DNA of 64,000 nt from an uncultured Acidobacteriota bacterium. GTDB lineage: Bacteria; Acidobacteriota; Thermoanaerobaculia; Gp7-AA8. The position numbers and the translations under genes are program-made. The notes below the pieces were generated by a model. That model was not told the origin of the DNA. It saw nothing but the letters and a program-made list of their open reading frames with translations, and did not search any database. Numbering within the stretch: position 1 is the first letter of the stretch; every line of letters begins with the position of its first letter. Location: positions 1,152,001 to 1,216,000 of the forward strand of contig CAVUKB010000005.1 of assembly GCA_963741955.1 (NCBI GenBank), written 5' to 3'. This document shows positions 43,197 through 53,862 of the stretch, in pieces.

Positions 43197-43916
43197 ATTG
43201 CCGTCGTTCCACTTGTAGCCCATCCCATGGACCGTCACGATGAAACGGGGACGGGAGGGGTCGGATTCGAGCTTCTGCCGGAGCGACGCGACGTGGACGT
43301 CGACCGTGCGTGTGACCGGCGTGACGTCGTAACCCCACACCTTGTCCAGCAGCTCGTCGCGTGTGAGAAGCACGCCGCGATGCTCGATGAAATAGCGCAG
43401 CAGCTTCAACTCGAGGCTCGAAAGATCGATCGGCACGCCTTTTCGCTGGACCTCCGCGCGCCGGAAGTCGACTCTGACTTCCCCGAACGACCACGACTCG
43501 AGAGCGTCGAGGTTGGTCCCTCGGCTACGCCTCAGGAGGCTCTCGACGCGGGCGAGGAGCTCCATCATCTCGAACGGCTTGGTCAGGTAGTCGTCCGCTC
43601 CGAGCTTGAGTCCGACCACCTTGTCGGTGACCTGAGCCCGCGCGGTCAGCATCAGTACGGGCGTCTCGATCCCCCGCACGCGAAGATCGCGAAGGACGTC
43701 GAGCCCGTTCCTGAGGGGGAGCGAGACGTCGAGAATCACCAGATCGTAGCGGTCGCGGGAGGCCTTTTCGAATCCGGCAGCGCCGTCTCTCGCGTCGTCG
43801 ACCTCGAAGCCTTCGCTGGCCAGGCGATCGCCGAGGGTAATGACGAGCGTCTCCTCGTCTTCGACCAGGAGAATCCGGCGCCGCGGGAGGACATCCGTCG
43901 TAGGGGGGCCGGTCAC
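43194..43916 (-). CDS. OmpR-family response regulator
   Basis: ILLVEDE, DLVILD, LMLTA, GADDYLTKPF, RTVDVHVASLRQKL, TVHGMGYK; GTGA overlap with the kinase. Confidence 0.92.
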   Translation of the reverse strand: MTGPPTTDVLPRRRILLVEDEETLVITLGDRLASEGFEVDDARDGAAGFEKASRDRYDLVILDVSLPLRNGLDVLRDLRVRGIETPVLMLTARAQVTDKVVGLKLGADDYLTKPFEMMELLARVESLLRRSRGTNLDALESWSFGEVRVDFRRAEVQRKGVPIDLSSLELKLLRYFIEHRGVLLTRDELLDKVWGYDVTPVTRTVDVHVASLRQKLESDPSRPRFIVTVHGMGYKWNDGN

Positions 43917-45682
43917 GTCGCCTCTCCTGCCAGACGCGGCGCAGGGGCGCCCGCAGTCGGAAGGCTCACCGTGAACGTCGAGCCGCGGCCGGAGCTCTCC
44001 ACCCGGACGGTTCCGTTCTCCGCTTCGACGATCCTCCGCACCAGGCTGAGCCCGAGTCCGCTTCCGCGCGACTGCTCGGTCCCGCGCCCACGATAGAACG
44101 GCTCGAAGAGGTGAGGAAGGTCTCGCCGGTCGATTCCGGGGCCATCGTCGGCGACGGAGATCATGACCCTTCCCGCCGCGGTCCAGCCGCGAATCCCGAT
44201 CGACACACCGGGACGGCCGTGCTTGGCGGCGTTGACCACGAGATTCGTCAGCGCCCGACGCACTGCGCTCTCGTTCACGGTCACCGGAGGGAGGTCCTCC
44301 GGGAAGGAGAGTGTGACCGAGGCATTCTGCTCGTCGACGAACGGCTTCGAATCCGCGACGGCACTCTGAACGAGAGAGGCGACGCCGACGGTCTTCTTCG
44401 CGGCAGCACGGCGAGGGGCGGTCATGCCGGCGAACTCGAGGACTTCGGCGACCATGGTCGAAAGGCGCCTTCCTTCGCCGACGATCATGGATCCGTAGCG
44501 CCTCACCTGCTCTTCGCCGGTGACGATTCCGTCCGCGAGGTTCTGTCCCGCCGAACGGATCGCCGCGAGTGGAGTGTTGAGCTCGTGAGTGACTCCGGCA
44601 ATGAACTCGATCTGCTGCTGCGCGAGCTTGTGACGTCTGCGCGCCGAATCGATGATCAGCAGCACGGTGAGTACGAGGAGAAGCACGATTCCCGCACTGA
44701 TCGCCAGGTTCCGCTTTCGTGTCGCGTCGACCACCTGCTCGAGTGACCCGGCCCGGTACGACGCGACCAGCTCCCACGGCTGATACAACTGCAGACCTGG
44801 CCCCCTGGAGTCGGGCCCGAATCCCTCTCCTCGACGACCCCGTCCGAAGCGGTGCCCATAGGAGGATGCGCCCGATTCCACTGCCGCGGGTCCGGGCCCC
44901 TCCCGTGGTCCGAACAGCGGCCTCCGTACCATCGGATTCGCCAGGAGCGGCTGCGGAGACGCCGAGTTCGTGAAGAAGATCTCCGGTCCGGCCGATCCCT
45001 TCCGGATCACCGCCACGTCGACCGGAGCTTCGTCCGCCGCCGGAAAGATCCGGCTCGAAAGGTCGGCCAGCCAGCTCGAGCGGATGGCGTCATCGTCGAG
45101 CTGTACGATCAGGACGCCGGGGTTTCGGAGGTTCTGCGGTTCCGTTCCGGAGGGAGGGAGAGGAAGAACGAGCGCCGAGAGGGCGGGGACGAACGGCTGA
45201 CCGAGCCCGGCGCCGGGCGCTCCGCGTCCCGGTTCCGGCCCACGGCCGCTCAGGCGCCACTCGAGCGGGAGGAGCGAAGACGGCCACTCGGCGGGAACGA
45301 GAGAGCGGGACTCCGGCATGAATCGCTCGAGGCGGACACCGCCCGGGGTGTCCAGCCGGGCGACCCAGACTGCGGTGACGAGCTTCGACCGACCGGGGAC
45401 CGCCGACCAGCGCTCGAAGCGCTCCGACAATGCTGCCGCGAGATCGTCTTCCCCCTCGTACCTGCCCGGTCTGAGCGCGCGCGCGATCGCGGCCGTCTCG
45501 TCTTCGAGCTCTCCCGCGAAGCGGTCTGCGGCGACATGGAGCGATCCCATCATCCGCTCCCGCTCCGCACGGCTGATCTCTCCGATCCAGCGGTACTGGA
45601 GCGTCGCGAGAGTGGCGAGGAGCGCCAGAGCCACGACCACCAGGCTCGCCGAACCCCACGGGAACTCGTCGGAGCGTCTCAT
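43913..45682 (-). CDS. Sensor histidine kinase
   Basis: Two TM helices, THELNTPL, NLVVNAAKH, VADDGPGI, GSGLGLS. Confidence 0.92.
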   Translation of the reverse strand: MRRSDEFPWGSASLVVVALALLATLATLQYRWIGEISRAERERMMGSLHVAADRFAGELEDETAAIARALRPGRYEGEDDLAAALSERFERWSAVPGRSKLVTAVWVARLDTPGGVRLERFMPESRSLVPAEWPSSLLPLEWRLSGRGPEPGRGAPGAGLGQPFVPALSALVLPLPPSGTEPQNLRNPGVLIVQLDDDAIRSSWLADLSSRIFPAADEAPVDVAVIRKGSAGPEIFFTNSASPQPLLANPMVRRPLFGPREGPGPAAVESGASSYGHRFGRGRRGEGFGPDSRGPGLQLYQPWELVASYRAGSLEQVVDATRKRNLAISAGIVLLLVLTVLLIIDSARRRHKLAQQQIEFIAGVTHELNTPLAAIRSAGQNLADGIVTGEEQVRRYGSMIVGEGRRLSTMVAEVLEFAGMTAPRRAAAKKTVGVASLVQSAVADSKPFVDEQNASVTLSFPEDLPPVTVNESAVRRALTNLVVNAAKHGRPGVSIGIRGWTAAGRVMISVADDGPGIDRRDLPHLFEPFYRGRGTEQSRGSGLGLSLVRRIVEAENGTVRVESSGRGSTFTVSLPTAGAPAPRLAGEAT

Positions 45683-45745
45683 CGCGATCGAGTTTAGCGC
45701 GACTTCTGCCCCGAAAAACGTCCTCCGCGAGGTCGCGGCCGGAGC

Positions 45746-45773
45746 TTTTACATATCTTACAAACCCGTTTCAC
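45746..45773. promoter_or_regulatory. Possible OmpR/CpxR-type binding site between divergent kinase and spy-like genes
   Basis: AT-rich ttttacatatcttacaaacccgtttcac with TTACA-like direct repeats. Confidence 0.35.
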
Positions 45774-45842
45774 TTCCATGAAGATCCGGTCGTACCTGCG
45801 AACCTACGATGCGTGGGTCATTTGATGAAAGGAGACGAAGTC

Positions 45843-46364
45843 ATGAAGAAGATCGCCATCGTCATTGCCACCCTCGCACTCGCAGCATCCGCAGCTTTCG
45901 CCCGGCAGGGACCTCCTCCGACCGGAACCCCCGGCCCGAACGCTCCCGGGATCGGAGAGGCAGCCCTTTTCGACTTTCTCGGCCTGACCGCGGATCAGGA
46001 GACGCAGTGGACCGCGCTCCACGACCAGTTCCGCACCAGCGTACAGACGCTGTTCGAACAGCGCGACACCCTCAGGCAACAGCTTCAGGATCAGCTCGAC
46101 GCGACCACGCCCGATCCGGCGGCGATCGGTGCGACAATGCTGCAGTTGAAGGGGATCAGTGATCAGATCCGCGCTGCGCACGACGCGCTCCAGTCGAGCC
46201 TGGAGGCTCTCCTCACGCCTGACCAGCTGCTTCGATTCCAGGCATTTCTCGCAGCCCAGAAGGCGCTCGGTCGCGGTCCGGGAGGACCGAACGGTCCGGG
46301 GGCGGAAGGAATGCCGGGATCCGGGCCGCACGGTTCCGGTAACGGAACCTGCATTCATTGCTGA
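45843..46364 (+). CDS. Spy/CpxP-family periplasmic protein
   Basis: Signal peptide, LGLTADQ and LLTPDQ (LTxxQ motifs). Confidence 0.85.
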   Translation: MKKIAIVIATLALAASAAFARQGPPPTGTPGPNAPGIGEAALFDFLGLTADQETQWTALHDQFRTSVQTLFEQRDTLRQQLQDQLDATTPDPAAIGATMLQLKGISDQIRAAHDALQSSLEALLTPDQLLRFQAFLAAQKALGRGPGGPNGPGAEGMPGSGPHGSGNGTCIHC

Positions 46365-46429
46365 ACGTCGGATCGAAGGGAGCGGCCGAAGCTGGCCGCT
46401 CCTCATCGCGTTCGTCAAGGAGACGCATC

Positions 46430-47017
46430 ATGAACAGGAGAATGCAACTCGCAGTGGTCACGCTCGCAGCCCTCGCTCTCGTCGCGTCGGCTGCCTTTGC
46501 AGCAAACGGAAAAGTCGACTTTTCCGGTAAGTGGAAGTTCAACGCCGACAAGAGCGACTCGATGCGCGGCGGCGGGTTCGGCGGCCATGGCCGCGGCATG
46601 GGACCCGGCGCAGGCGGCGGACCGATGGGAGGAGGGGCGATGGGACCGGGTGGTGGATTCGGCGCGCGCGGCATGAGCCGCGGCGACCGCGACAGGCGGG
46701 GGATGCGCGACCGCGAGATCACCATCTCCCAGAAAGACGCCGCGGTGACCATCCATCACCAGGACGGCCGGGACGAGACGTTCTACACCGACGGCCGCGT
46801 CACGAAGTCGACCGACCCGATGGGCGATCCGGTCGAAGTGAGTGCGAAGTGGGATGGATCGAAACTGGTGATCACACGGAGCGGGGAGTCGCGCAGCATG
46901 CACGAGACATGGGACCTGACCGACTCCGGAAAGCGGCTGACCATGACCGTGGAGATGAGCCGCGGCAATGAGACGCCGGTTCGTACGACGCACCGGGTGT
47001 TCGATCTCGAAAAGTAG
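46430..47017 (+). CDS. Secreted Gly-rich beta-barrel-like hypothetical protein
   Basis: SD aaggag, signal peptide, DFSGKWKFNADKSD, Gly/Met-rich loop. Confidence 0.8.
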   Translation: MNRRMQLAVVTLAALALVASAAFAANGKVDFSGKWKFNADKSDSMRGGGFGGHGRGMGPGAGGGPMGGGAMGPGGGFGARGMSRGDRDRRGMRDREITISQKDAAVTIHHQDGRDETFYTDGRVTKSTDPMGDPVEVSAKWDGSKLVITRSGESRSMHETWDLTDSGKRLTMTVEMSRGNETPVRTTHRVFDLEK

Positions 47018-47041
47018 AGCGGTTCGGCACGAGGGCGCAGG

Positions 47042-47070
47042 GCGGATGCGAGCGAGTGGCTCGCATCCGC
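47042..47070. terminator. Hairpin between convergent genes
   Basis: gcggatgcgagc-gagtg-gctcgcatccgc. Confidence 0.5.
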
Positions 47071-47140
47071 GGCGCCGGGACCCCGTCGATCATCCGACGG
47101 AACTTGCGCGATGAGAGGCGGCGATCGTCTGCCCCCGCGA

Positions 47141-48601
47141 TCACTCCACCGTCGCTGCTCTCCGTTCCCCGGCGGAAGGCTGCGGGAAGTCGAGAGTGAC
47201 CACAGTCCCCTCTCCCGGTTCGCTCGCGATCCGCACGTCCCCGGAATGGAGTCGCATGATGGAGCGGACGATGGCCAACCCGAGTCCCGTCCCGCCGTGT
47301 CCCGATCGCGCGGCATCCGCCCGGTAGAAGCGATCGAAGAGCTTCGGCAGGTGCTCCGGCGCGATACCTGAACCGGTATCTTCGACCGAGATCAGGACGT
47401 GCCCTTCACGTTCGCGGGAACGGATCACGATCCGGTCGCCCGCGGTGGTGTGGTTGAGGGCATTCGACACGAGATTCGTCAGCGCCCGACGGAGCAGCAG
47501 CGGGTCGGCAGCGACCGTTGCGCTGCCCTCGGCCAGAAGAGAGATCTGCTTCTGCTCGCCGAATGCCTCGAAGAATTCGATCACCGCGTCGACTTCCTTC
47601 CGCGCGTCGAGCGGTCTGGTGTTCACAATCCCCTGGGTCGCTTCGGCGCGCGCGACGAACAGGAGACTCTCGATCATGCTGGTGAGCCGTACTCCTTCTT
47701 CCAGATTCGACTGAAGGATCTCGCGATATTCCTCCGGAGTTCGCTCCTTCTGGAGCGTCACCTCGAGCTCGCCCATCAGATTGTTGAGCGGAGTCCGGAG
47801 CTCGTGCGCGAGGTCGGCTGAAAACTGCGAGAGGCGCCCGAATGAATCCTCGAGCCGCTCGAGCATCGAATCGAACGACCGGGCGAGGCTCGCGACCTCC
47901 GAAGGCCAGGGACGGTCGCCGATCCGCTCTTCCAGTCTGGAGGCGGAGATCCCTTCGACCGTCGCCGCGATCTCGCGCAGCGGCGTCATTCCCCGGCGTA
48001 CCAGGACCACCGCGATGGGAATCGCGAGGAGCGAGCCGATGAGGATCACCACGGCCAGACTGGTGCCGAACCGTTTCATCACCTCCTCGTCGTCCGCTTT
48101 CTCCAGCATCAGCCGGATGACGTAAGGTCCCTCGCCGATCCCGGCAGCCTTCGCAGTGGAGATCATGTACGGAACTCCGTGAGCATCCCGCCAGAGAATT
48201 CCGCTCGATGGCTCCACGCCGGGTGGGGCCGGCCGAGGAAAGACCGATTCGTCCGGAACGATCATCTCCATCCCGCGCGTCTGCATCACCACGTTGCCTC
48301 GCGCGTCCTCGATCCGGATCCAGTAGCGGGTCACGTTGTGGACGTTCGGATCGAGATCGATCTCGGGACGCAGCGCCGGCGCAGGCTGGATCTCCCGGGA
48401 GAGAATCTCGCGCAGAACGCTGATCTTCTGCCGGATGAACTCCTGATCCTGGGTGTCGAAACCGACCCGCAACGCGCGCCATGCGATGAGGGAGGAGACT
48501 CCCAGCATCCCCAGAATCGCCACGGTGAAGAGAATCACCAGCCGCGCAGTGATGGATAGAGCGCGCGCATCGCGCGATGGTTCATCGAGCTTCGAGGACA
48601 T
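47141..48601 (-). CDS. Heavy-metal sensor histidine kinase (CusS/CzcS-like)
   Basis: [46 protein letters not shown]. Confidence 0.88.
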   Translation of the reverse strand: MSSKLDEPSRDARALSITARLVILFTVAILGMLGVSSLIAWRALRVGFDTQDQEFIRQKISVLREILSREIQPAPALRPEIDLDPNVHNVTRYWIRIEDARGNVVMQTRGMEMIVPDESVFPRPAPPGVEPSSGILWRDAHGVPYMISTAKAAGIGEGPYVIRLMLEKADDEEVMKRFGTSLAVVILIGSLLAIPIAVVLVRRGMTPLREIAATVEGISASRLEERIGDRPWPSEVASLARSFDSMLERLEDSFGRLSQFSADLAHELRTPLNNLMGELEVTLQKERTPEEYREILQSNLEEGVRLTSMIESLLFVARAEATQGIVNTRPLDARKEVDAVIEFFEAFGEQKQISLLAEGSATVAADPLLLRRALTNLVSNALNHTTAGDRIVIRSREREGHVLISVEDTGSGIAPEHLPKLFDRFYRADAARSGHGGTGLGLAIVRSIMRLHSGDVRIASEPGEGTVVTLDFPQPSAGERRAATVE

Positions 48602-49256
48602 ATCCCATCCCACGAACGGTGTGGATGAGCTTCTGCTCGAACGGATCGTCCACCTTGCTCCGAAGTCTGCGGACCGCAACGTCGATGATGTTCGTATCGG
48701 TATCGAAGTTGATGTCCCAGACCTGCTCGGCGATCACTGCACGGGGAAGGATCTCTCCGGCCCGGCGGACGAGAAGGGAGAGCAGCGAAAATTCTTTCGG
48801 AGTGAGGTTGAGCAGATTTCCCTGTCGCACCGCGCGGTGGCGGATCAGGTCGATCTCCAGATCCGCGACCTTGATTGCCTGCTGCACGCGCTGTGGAGCG
48901 CGGCGGAGGACGGTGCGGATCCGCGCGATCAACTCCGTGAATGCGAACGGCTTGACCAGATAGTCGTCCGCCTGCAGCTCCAGCCCTTTGACCCGGTCTT
49001 CGACCGAATCGCGCGCGGTGAGAAAGATCACCGGAAGATGTTCCTTCGCGTCGCGAAGTTTCCGGATCACGTCCCAGCCGTCGAGGCCGGGAAGCATCAC
49101 GTCGAGGATCACCAGGTCGTACGACCCGGTGAGAGCCAGGTGGAGTCCGTCCTCGCCATCCGCGGCGACGTCCAGAACGAATCCCGCTTCTTTGAGGCCC
49201 TTGCTCAGATAGGAGGCTGTCTTCGCTTCGTCTTCGATGATCAAAAGGCGCATCAT
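48582..49256 (-). CDS. Heavy-metal response regulator (CusR-like)
   Basis: [59 protein letters not shown]. Confidence 0.9.
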   Translation of the reverse strand: MMRLLIIEDEAKTASYLSKGLKEAGFVLDVAADGEDGLHLALTGSYDLVILDVMLPGLDGWDVIRKLRDAKEHLPVIFLTARDSVEDRVKGLELQADDYLVKPFAFTELIARIRTVLRRAPQRVQQAIKVADLEIDLIRHRAVRQGNLLNLTPKEFSLLSLLVRRAGEILPRAVIAEQVWDINFDTDTNIIDVAVRRLRSKVDDPFEQKLIHTVRGMGYVLEAR

Positions 49257-49564
49257 CACTCCAATCGCGTTTTCCAACACCACGGCCGCGGCAATGCTTT
49301 CCTGCCGCTGGCCCTTGCTAATTTGTAATCACTTGGTCAGTGATACGCAATGTCAATCTTCTAGGATGAATGGTGTTCCGATCGGGTGCTGTTCCCGGAG
49401 CCCCCGGACGGAACAACCGGCAGTGCGAAGGTTGTGCGAAGCAGGAAAGCGATGTTCAGAACCGCCCCCCTTCCACACGTTCCGACAGCGGAGAATCGCA
49501 GGGTGCAACTCTTCGCACTGCCGGGCTTTTGAGATCCCGTCACCCGCTTACCCGACGGTCGACC

Positions 49565-50026
49565 ATGATGCGCGCATACCGCTGCGATTACCCGGAAATT
49601 CGCCTCACCCCGAACGACCTTCGCAGCGAAGGCCTCTGGTATTCGCGCCACGACGCTTCCGACGGCCGCGAAGAGCTCGAGCACATCCGCTGCTGGCGCG
49701 GCTACACCCACGAGGAGCTGGTCCTGCTCGGGAACGGCGACAGCCACGGCGGAGATCCCGATGATCTCACCCGCGAGCACCGTCATGCTGCCGATGAGGC
49801 TCGATTCATGGTCGAAGGGAACGGCATCCTCGAGGTGAGGGACTGGAGCGATCGTTGGATCCGCATCGAGCTCCAGAGCGGAGACTTCGTCGTCGTGCCG
49901 GCCGGACGCCATCATCGCTTTTTCATCGGAGAGAATGGCTTCTGCCGCTTTCTCCGCCTCTACTTCGACGACGACGACCGTGTACCGATCTACCGCGAGT
50001 CCGGCGAAAAACAACAACACGCCTGA
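49565..50026 (+). CDS. Acireductone dioxygenase-like cupin
   Basis: EHRHAADEARFMVEGNG, DRWIRIEL..GDFVVVPAGRHHRF. Confidence 0.8.
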   Translation: MMRAYRCDYPEIRLTPNDLRSEGLWYSRHDASDGREELEHIRCWRGYTHEELVLLGNGDSHGGDPDDLTREHRHAADEARFMVEGNGILEVRDWSDRWIRIELQSGDFVVVPAGRHHRFFIGENGFCRFLRLYFDDDDRVPIYRESGEKQQHA

Positions 50027-50040
50027 AGGAGGGCGCGCAG

Positions 50041-50355
50041 ATGGGTTCCGTCGGATTTCCTGAACTGCTGGTCATTCTCGTCGTCGCGGCCCTCGTCTTC
50101 GGCCCCCGGCGTCTTCCCGAGATCGGCCGATCGATTGGCGGCGCCCTCTCCGCATTCAAGGAAGGGCTGAACGATCCCCAGAAACAACACGATTCAAGAC
50201 GGGGAAGCGAGGCTTCCCCGTCGCACGGCAAGGCGAGCCCCGAACAGCTGCAACCGGATCAGGCCCGCGCTGCGGCTAGGAGTCTGCGCGATAGAAACTG
50301 TCCTACTGCGAAAGCGGATCAGCGGTCCAAATCCGCCCGGATTTTCGGCGAGTAG
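50041..50355 (+). CDS. tatA: Twin-arginine translocase TatA/E subunit (C-terminus reads into a MITE)
   Basis: GFPELLVILVVAALVFGPRRLPEIGRSIGGALSAFKEG. Confidence 0.85.
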   Translation: MGSVGFPELLVILVVAALVFGPRRLPEIGRSIGGALSAFKEGLNDPQKQHDSRRGSEASPSHGKASPEQLQPDQARAAARSLRDRNCPTAKADQRSKSARIFGE

Positions 50356-50441
50356 CCACCGCTACGCACCTCAAATCCGAACGAATTTGGCCTCGCTGCT
50401 TCGCTTTCTCGCTACGGACGTTTCTATCGCGCAGACTCCTA
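50277..50441. mobile_element. ~165-bp MITE with 22-bp terminal inverted repeats
   Basis: TAGGAGTCTGCGCGATAGAAAC (50277-50298) and GTTTCTATCGCGCAGACTCCTA (50420-50441); terminal TA may be the target duplication. Confidence 0.85.
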
Positions 50442-50710
50442 CCGGGGCGGAACGGGCGACGGCTGCGACGCAAACCTCGCAGCCGTCGCCGCAGTTCCTG
50501 CCGGCTCCTCCGCCGGCATCGGAAACTCGAACGGTCCCCGCCTCAGTCGACAGGGAGCGGTGAGACGCCAGCAGCCTCCTGCGACCTCCTCGCTCCGTTC
50601 CCTCGCACCGATCACTCCATTGCGGAAACCCGTGTTTCGACGGATGATGCGGTTGACCAGTCGGTCGGCCGCCGAGACGGCGACGAAATCTCACGAACGG
50701 GCAGGACGCG

Positions 50711-53227
50711 ATGACGACAGACCCCACACTTCCCACCGAGCCGATGCCGAAGGAGCTCGCGGCAGACGATCTCTGCCGGGGATGCGATGACTCCTCCCTC
50801 GATTTCGACACGACGGACGAGCTGCAGGACGTTCCGGAGATCATCGGACAGAAGCGGGCGATCGACGCAGTCCGCTTCGGGATGGGGATGCGCGCGCGCG
50901 GCTACAACTTCTTCGCGCTCGGACCGCTCGGCACAGGGAAACACTCCGTCATCCAGCGTTTCCTCACCCAACAGGCTCCCAGCCAGCCCACCCCTCCCGA
51001 CATCTGCTACGTCGAGAATTTCGAAGATCCGATGCGACCGAAGCTCCTTCTCCTTCCGCCGGGCCGCGGGCGCCAGCTCCGCGCGGACATGGAACGATTC
51101 ACCGACGATCTCCGTTCGGCCATCCCGGCGGCGTTCGACTCCGATGAGTACCGGTCCCGGAAGACGGAGATCGAGAAAGAGGTCAAGAAACGAAACGAGG
51201 CGGCGGTCGAAGCAGTCAAGAAGGAGGCCACGGAGAACGGCTTCTCGACCGTGCCCACACCGAACGGAGTGATGTTCGTTCCGATCGCGGACGACGAGCC
51301 GCTCAGTCAGGAAAGGTTCCAGAAGCTGCCGGACGAGGAGCGGAGCCGGATCGAATCCGTGATGGCGGTTCTCCAGCAGCAGCTCTCCGAGATCACGCAA
51401 CAGGTCCCGCGGTGGGAAAAGGAAGCGCGGGAGAAGCTCCGCTCGCTGAACCGCGGCGTGGCGGACCTCGCGGTCGGACACCTGGTCGACGAGCTCCGCA
51501 CGAAACACCGGGAGGATCTCGACATCGTGCGCCACCTCGATGCAGTCCAGCAGGACGTGATCGAGAACGTCGACCAGATCATCGCCGCGCACGACGCGAA
51601 TCCGGTCCGCCCGGAGTTCGCGACTCAGGTTCAGCCACCGAAGACGCATCCGTTCGAGAAGCGCTACCAGATCAATCTACTCGTGGATCAAAGCGGTCAG
51701 CAGGGTGCTCCGGTGGTCTATGAAGACGATCCGTCCTATCCGAACCTGCTCGGGCAGATCGAATACCAGACCACTCTCGGGGCACTGGTGACCGACTTCA
51801 GCCTGATCCGCGCCGGAGCGCTTCACCGCGCGAACGGCGGCTATCTCATCCTCGACGCGATGAAGCTGCTCACGCAGTCGTATTCGTGGGAGGGGCTCAA
51901 ACGTGCACTCCGCGCATCACAGCTCCGCTTCGATTCGGTGGGGCGGATGATGGGCGTGATCAGCACCGTCTCTCTCGAGCCGGAAGCCACTCCGGTGAAT
52001 GTGAAGGTCATCCTCCTCGGCGACCGGAATCTCTACTACACCCTTTCTCAGGTCGATCCGGAATTCCACGAGCTGTTCAAAGTCGCCGTCGATTTCGAAG
52101 ACGACATGGAACGCACCGACGACAACGTGCGGCTCTACGCTCGCATGATCGCCACCATCGTCCGCCGCGAGCGGCTCCTTCCGTTCGACCGGAGCGGCGT
52201 GCAACGGGTGATCGAGCAGAGCGCCCGGATGGCCGCCGACTCCGAGAAACTCTCGACGCACCTCCGGACTCTGGTCGACCTGATCCGGGAAGCGGACTAC
52301 TGGGCGAAGACCCGCACCGACGCGCGCACGGTGACTTCGGCAGACGTCCAGACCGCGCTCGACGCACAGATCGAGCGGCTCGATCGCGTACGCGACCGGA
52401 TGCAGGAAGAGATCTGCAAGGGAACCATCCTGATCGACACGGATGGAGAGAAAGCCGGACAGATCAACGGACTCTCGGTGATTCAGATCGGGCAGCTCAC
52501 GTTCGGCCGCCCCACCCGAATCACTGCGACGGTCCGATTCGGCGAGGGCGAACTGGTGGACATCGAGCGCGAGGTCGCACTCGGCGGACCGCTGCACTCG
52601 AAAGGTGTGTACATCCTCTCCGGGTACCTCGGCGCGCACTACGCGCCCGAGCATCCGTTGTCACTCGCCGCGAGCCTGGTGTTCGAACAGTCGTACGGAC
52701 TGGTCGACGGCGACAGCGCGTCGCTCGCGGAGCTCGTCGCCCTCCTCACCGCAATCGCCGAGACGCCGGTGCGGCAGTCACTCGCCGTCACCGGTTCCGT
52801 CAATCAGCAGGGGTTCGTTCAGGCGATCGGTGGGGTGAACGACAAGATCGAAGGCTTCTTCGAGCTCTGCGCGGCACGCGGGCTCACCGGACAGCAGGGG
52901 GTGGTGATCCCTCACTCGAACGTGCGGCATCTGATGCTCGCCGGGAAAGTGGTCGACGCGGTGAAAGGTGGCAAGTTCCACGTCTGGTCGGTCCGAACCG
53001 TGAGCGAAGCGATCGAGATCCTGACCGGCCTGCCGGCCGGTGTGCGCGATGCTACGGGCCGCTATCCCGCCGGGTCGTTCAACGCGCGCGTCGAACAGCG
53101 ACTGATCGCGTTCTCCGAAAAACGGAGGCAGCTGGGAGTGACTCTGGTCCAGCCCAGCCCCGCAACCGCTCCATCGATCTCTCCCCAGGCGCCGGTCGCC
53201 GGAAGTGCGAAGCGGAGCTCGAGCTGA
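50711..53227 (+). CDS. Lon-like ATP-dependent protease (AAA + Lon_C, LonC type)
   Basis: IIGQKRA, GPLGTGK, AGALHRANGGYL, GQINGL, VDGDSAS (Ser), GGVNDKIEGF (Lys). Confidence 0.92.
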   Translation: MTTDPTLPTEPMPKELAADDLCRGCDDSSLDFDTTDELQDVPEIIGQKRAIDAVRFGMGMRARGYNFFALGPLGTGKHSVIQRFLTQQAPSQPTPPDICYVENFEDPMRPKLLLLPPGRGRQLRADMERFTDDLRSAIPAAFDSDEYRSRKTEIEKEVKKRNEAAVEAVKKEATENGFSTVPTPNGVMFVPIADDEPLSQERFQKLPDEERSRIESVMAVLQQQLSEITQQVPRWEKEAREKLRSLNRGVADLAVGHLVDELRTKHREDLDIVRHLDAVQQDVIENVDQIIAAHDANPVRPEFATQVQPPKTHPFEKRYQINLLVDQSGQQGAPVVYEDDPSYPNLLGQIEYQTTLGALVTDFSLIRAGALHRANGGYLILDAMKLLTQSYSWEGLKRALRASQLRFDSVGRMMGVISTVSLEPEATPVNVKVILLGDRNLYYTLSQVDPEFHELFKVAVDFEDDMERTDDNVRLYARMIATIVRRERLLPFDRSGVQRVIEQSARMAADSEKLSTHLRTLVDLIREADYWAKTRTDARTVTSADVQTALDAQIERLDRVRDRMQEEICKGTILIDTDGEKAGQINGLSVIQIGQLTFGRPTRITATVRFGEGELVDIEREVALGGPLHSKGVYILSGYLGAHYAPEHPLSLAASLVFEQSYGLVDGDSASLAELVALLTAIAETPVRQSLAVTGSVNQQGFVQAIGGVNDKIEGFFELCAARGLTGQQGVVIPHSNVRHLMLAGKVVDAVKGGKFHVWSVRTVSEAIEILTGLPAGVRDATGRYPAGSFNARVEQRLIAFSEKRRQLGVTLVQPSPATAPSISPQAPVAGSAKRSSS

Positions 53228-53231
53228 CGAT

Positions 53232-53711
53232 TCAGCTTTCCGTCGCGCGAGGGAGACGCCCGCGCCAGCCGAGGATCCATCGCATGCAGCGATGGCCGAG
53301 ATCGACCGGCGCGGCGTACATCATCGGACAGCCGCCGACGATCGGCTCGATCCCGAGACGCTCGCATTCGCGGATCGCTTCCTCCGAGACGCTCCCATCT
53401 CCGAAGGAGCGGTGAAACCAGACCCGCTTCACTCCTTTGTCCCCACACTGGCGGACGAGCTCCGGTGAGACCGCGGGGTGCGTCGCGATCACCACGCCGT
53501 CGATCTCTCCGGGAATCGAAGCGAGGTCCGGATAACACCTCGTTCCTTCGAGCTCGGAAGCGTTCGGATTGATCGGAATCACCTCGCGACCGCCGTCGCG
53601 CAGTTTTCGGAGGATCAGATTCGCGGGAAGCTGTCCGTCGCGTGCGACTCCGGCGACGGCGATGCGCCGCCCGTCGAGGAATTCCGAGATCGGTCGAGGG
53701 ATGGTGGACAT
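53232..53711 (-). CDS. CoA-binding domain protein
   Basis: IAVAGVAR, VIPINP, CYPDLASIP, RVWF, GGCPMM. Confidence 0.88.
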   Translation of the reverse strand: MSTIPRPISEFLDGRRIAVAGVARDGQLPANLILRKLRDGGREVIPINPNASELEGTRCYPDLASIPGEIDGVVIATHPAVSPELVRQCGDKGVKRVWFHRSFGDGSVSEEAIRECERLGIEPIVGGCPMMYAAPVDLGHRCMRWILGWRGRLPRATES

Positions 53712-53850
53712 GGAGGGCCTCCTGGTCGGGTCGTGAGCGCAGCGGAAGGATGGAGGGATTCTCCGGCGAAAATCCGCCGCATTCCGCTGACCGACACTCT
53801 CATCTTATGACTCCCGTGGAAAGCCGCAACTCCCCTCCGGGCGGTCGCCC

Positions 53851-53856
53851 TATAAT
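53851..53856 (+). promoter_or_regulatory. Consensus -10 box of a probable leaderless gene
   Basis: TATAAT 6 nt before ATG 53863, no SD. Confidence 0.6.
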
Positions 53857-53862
53857 CGTTCC

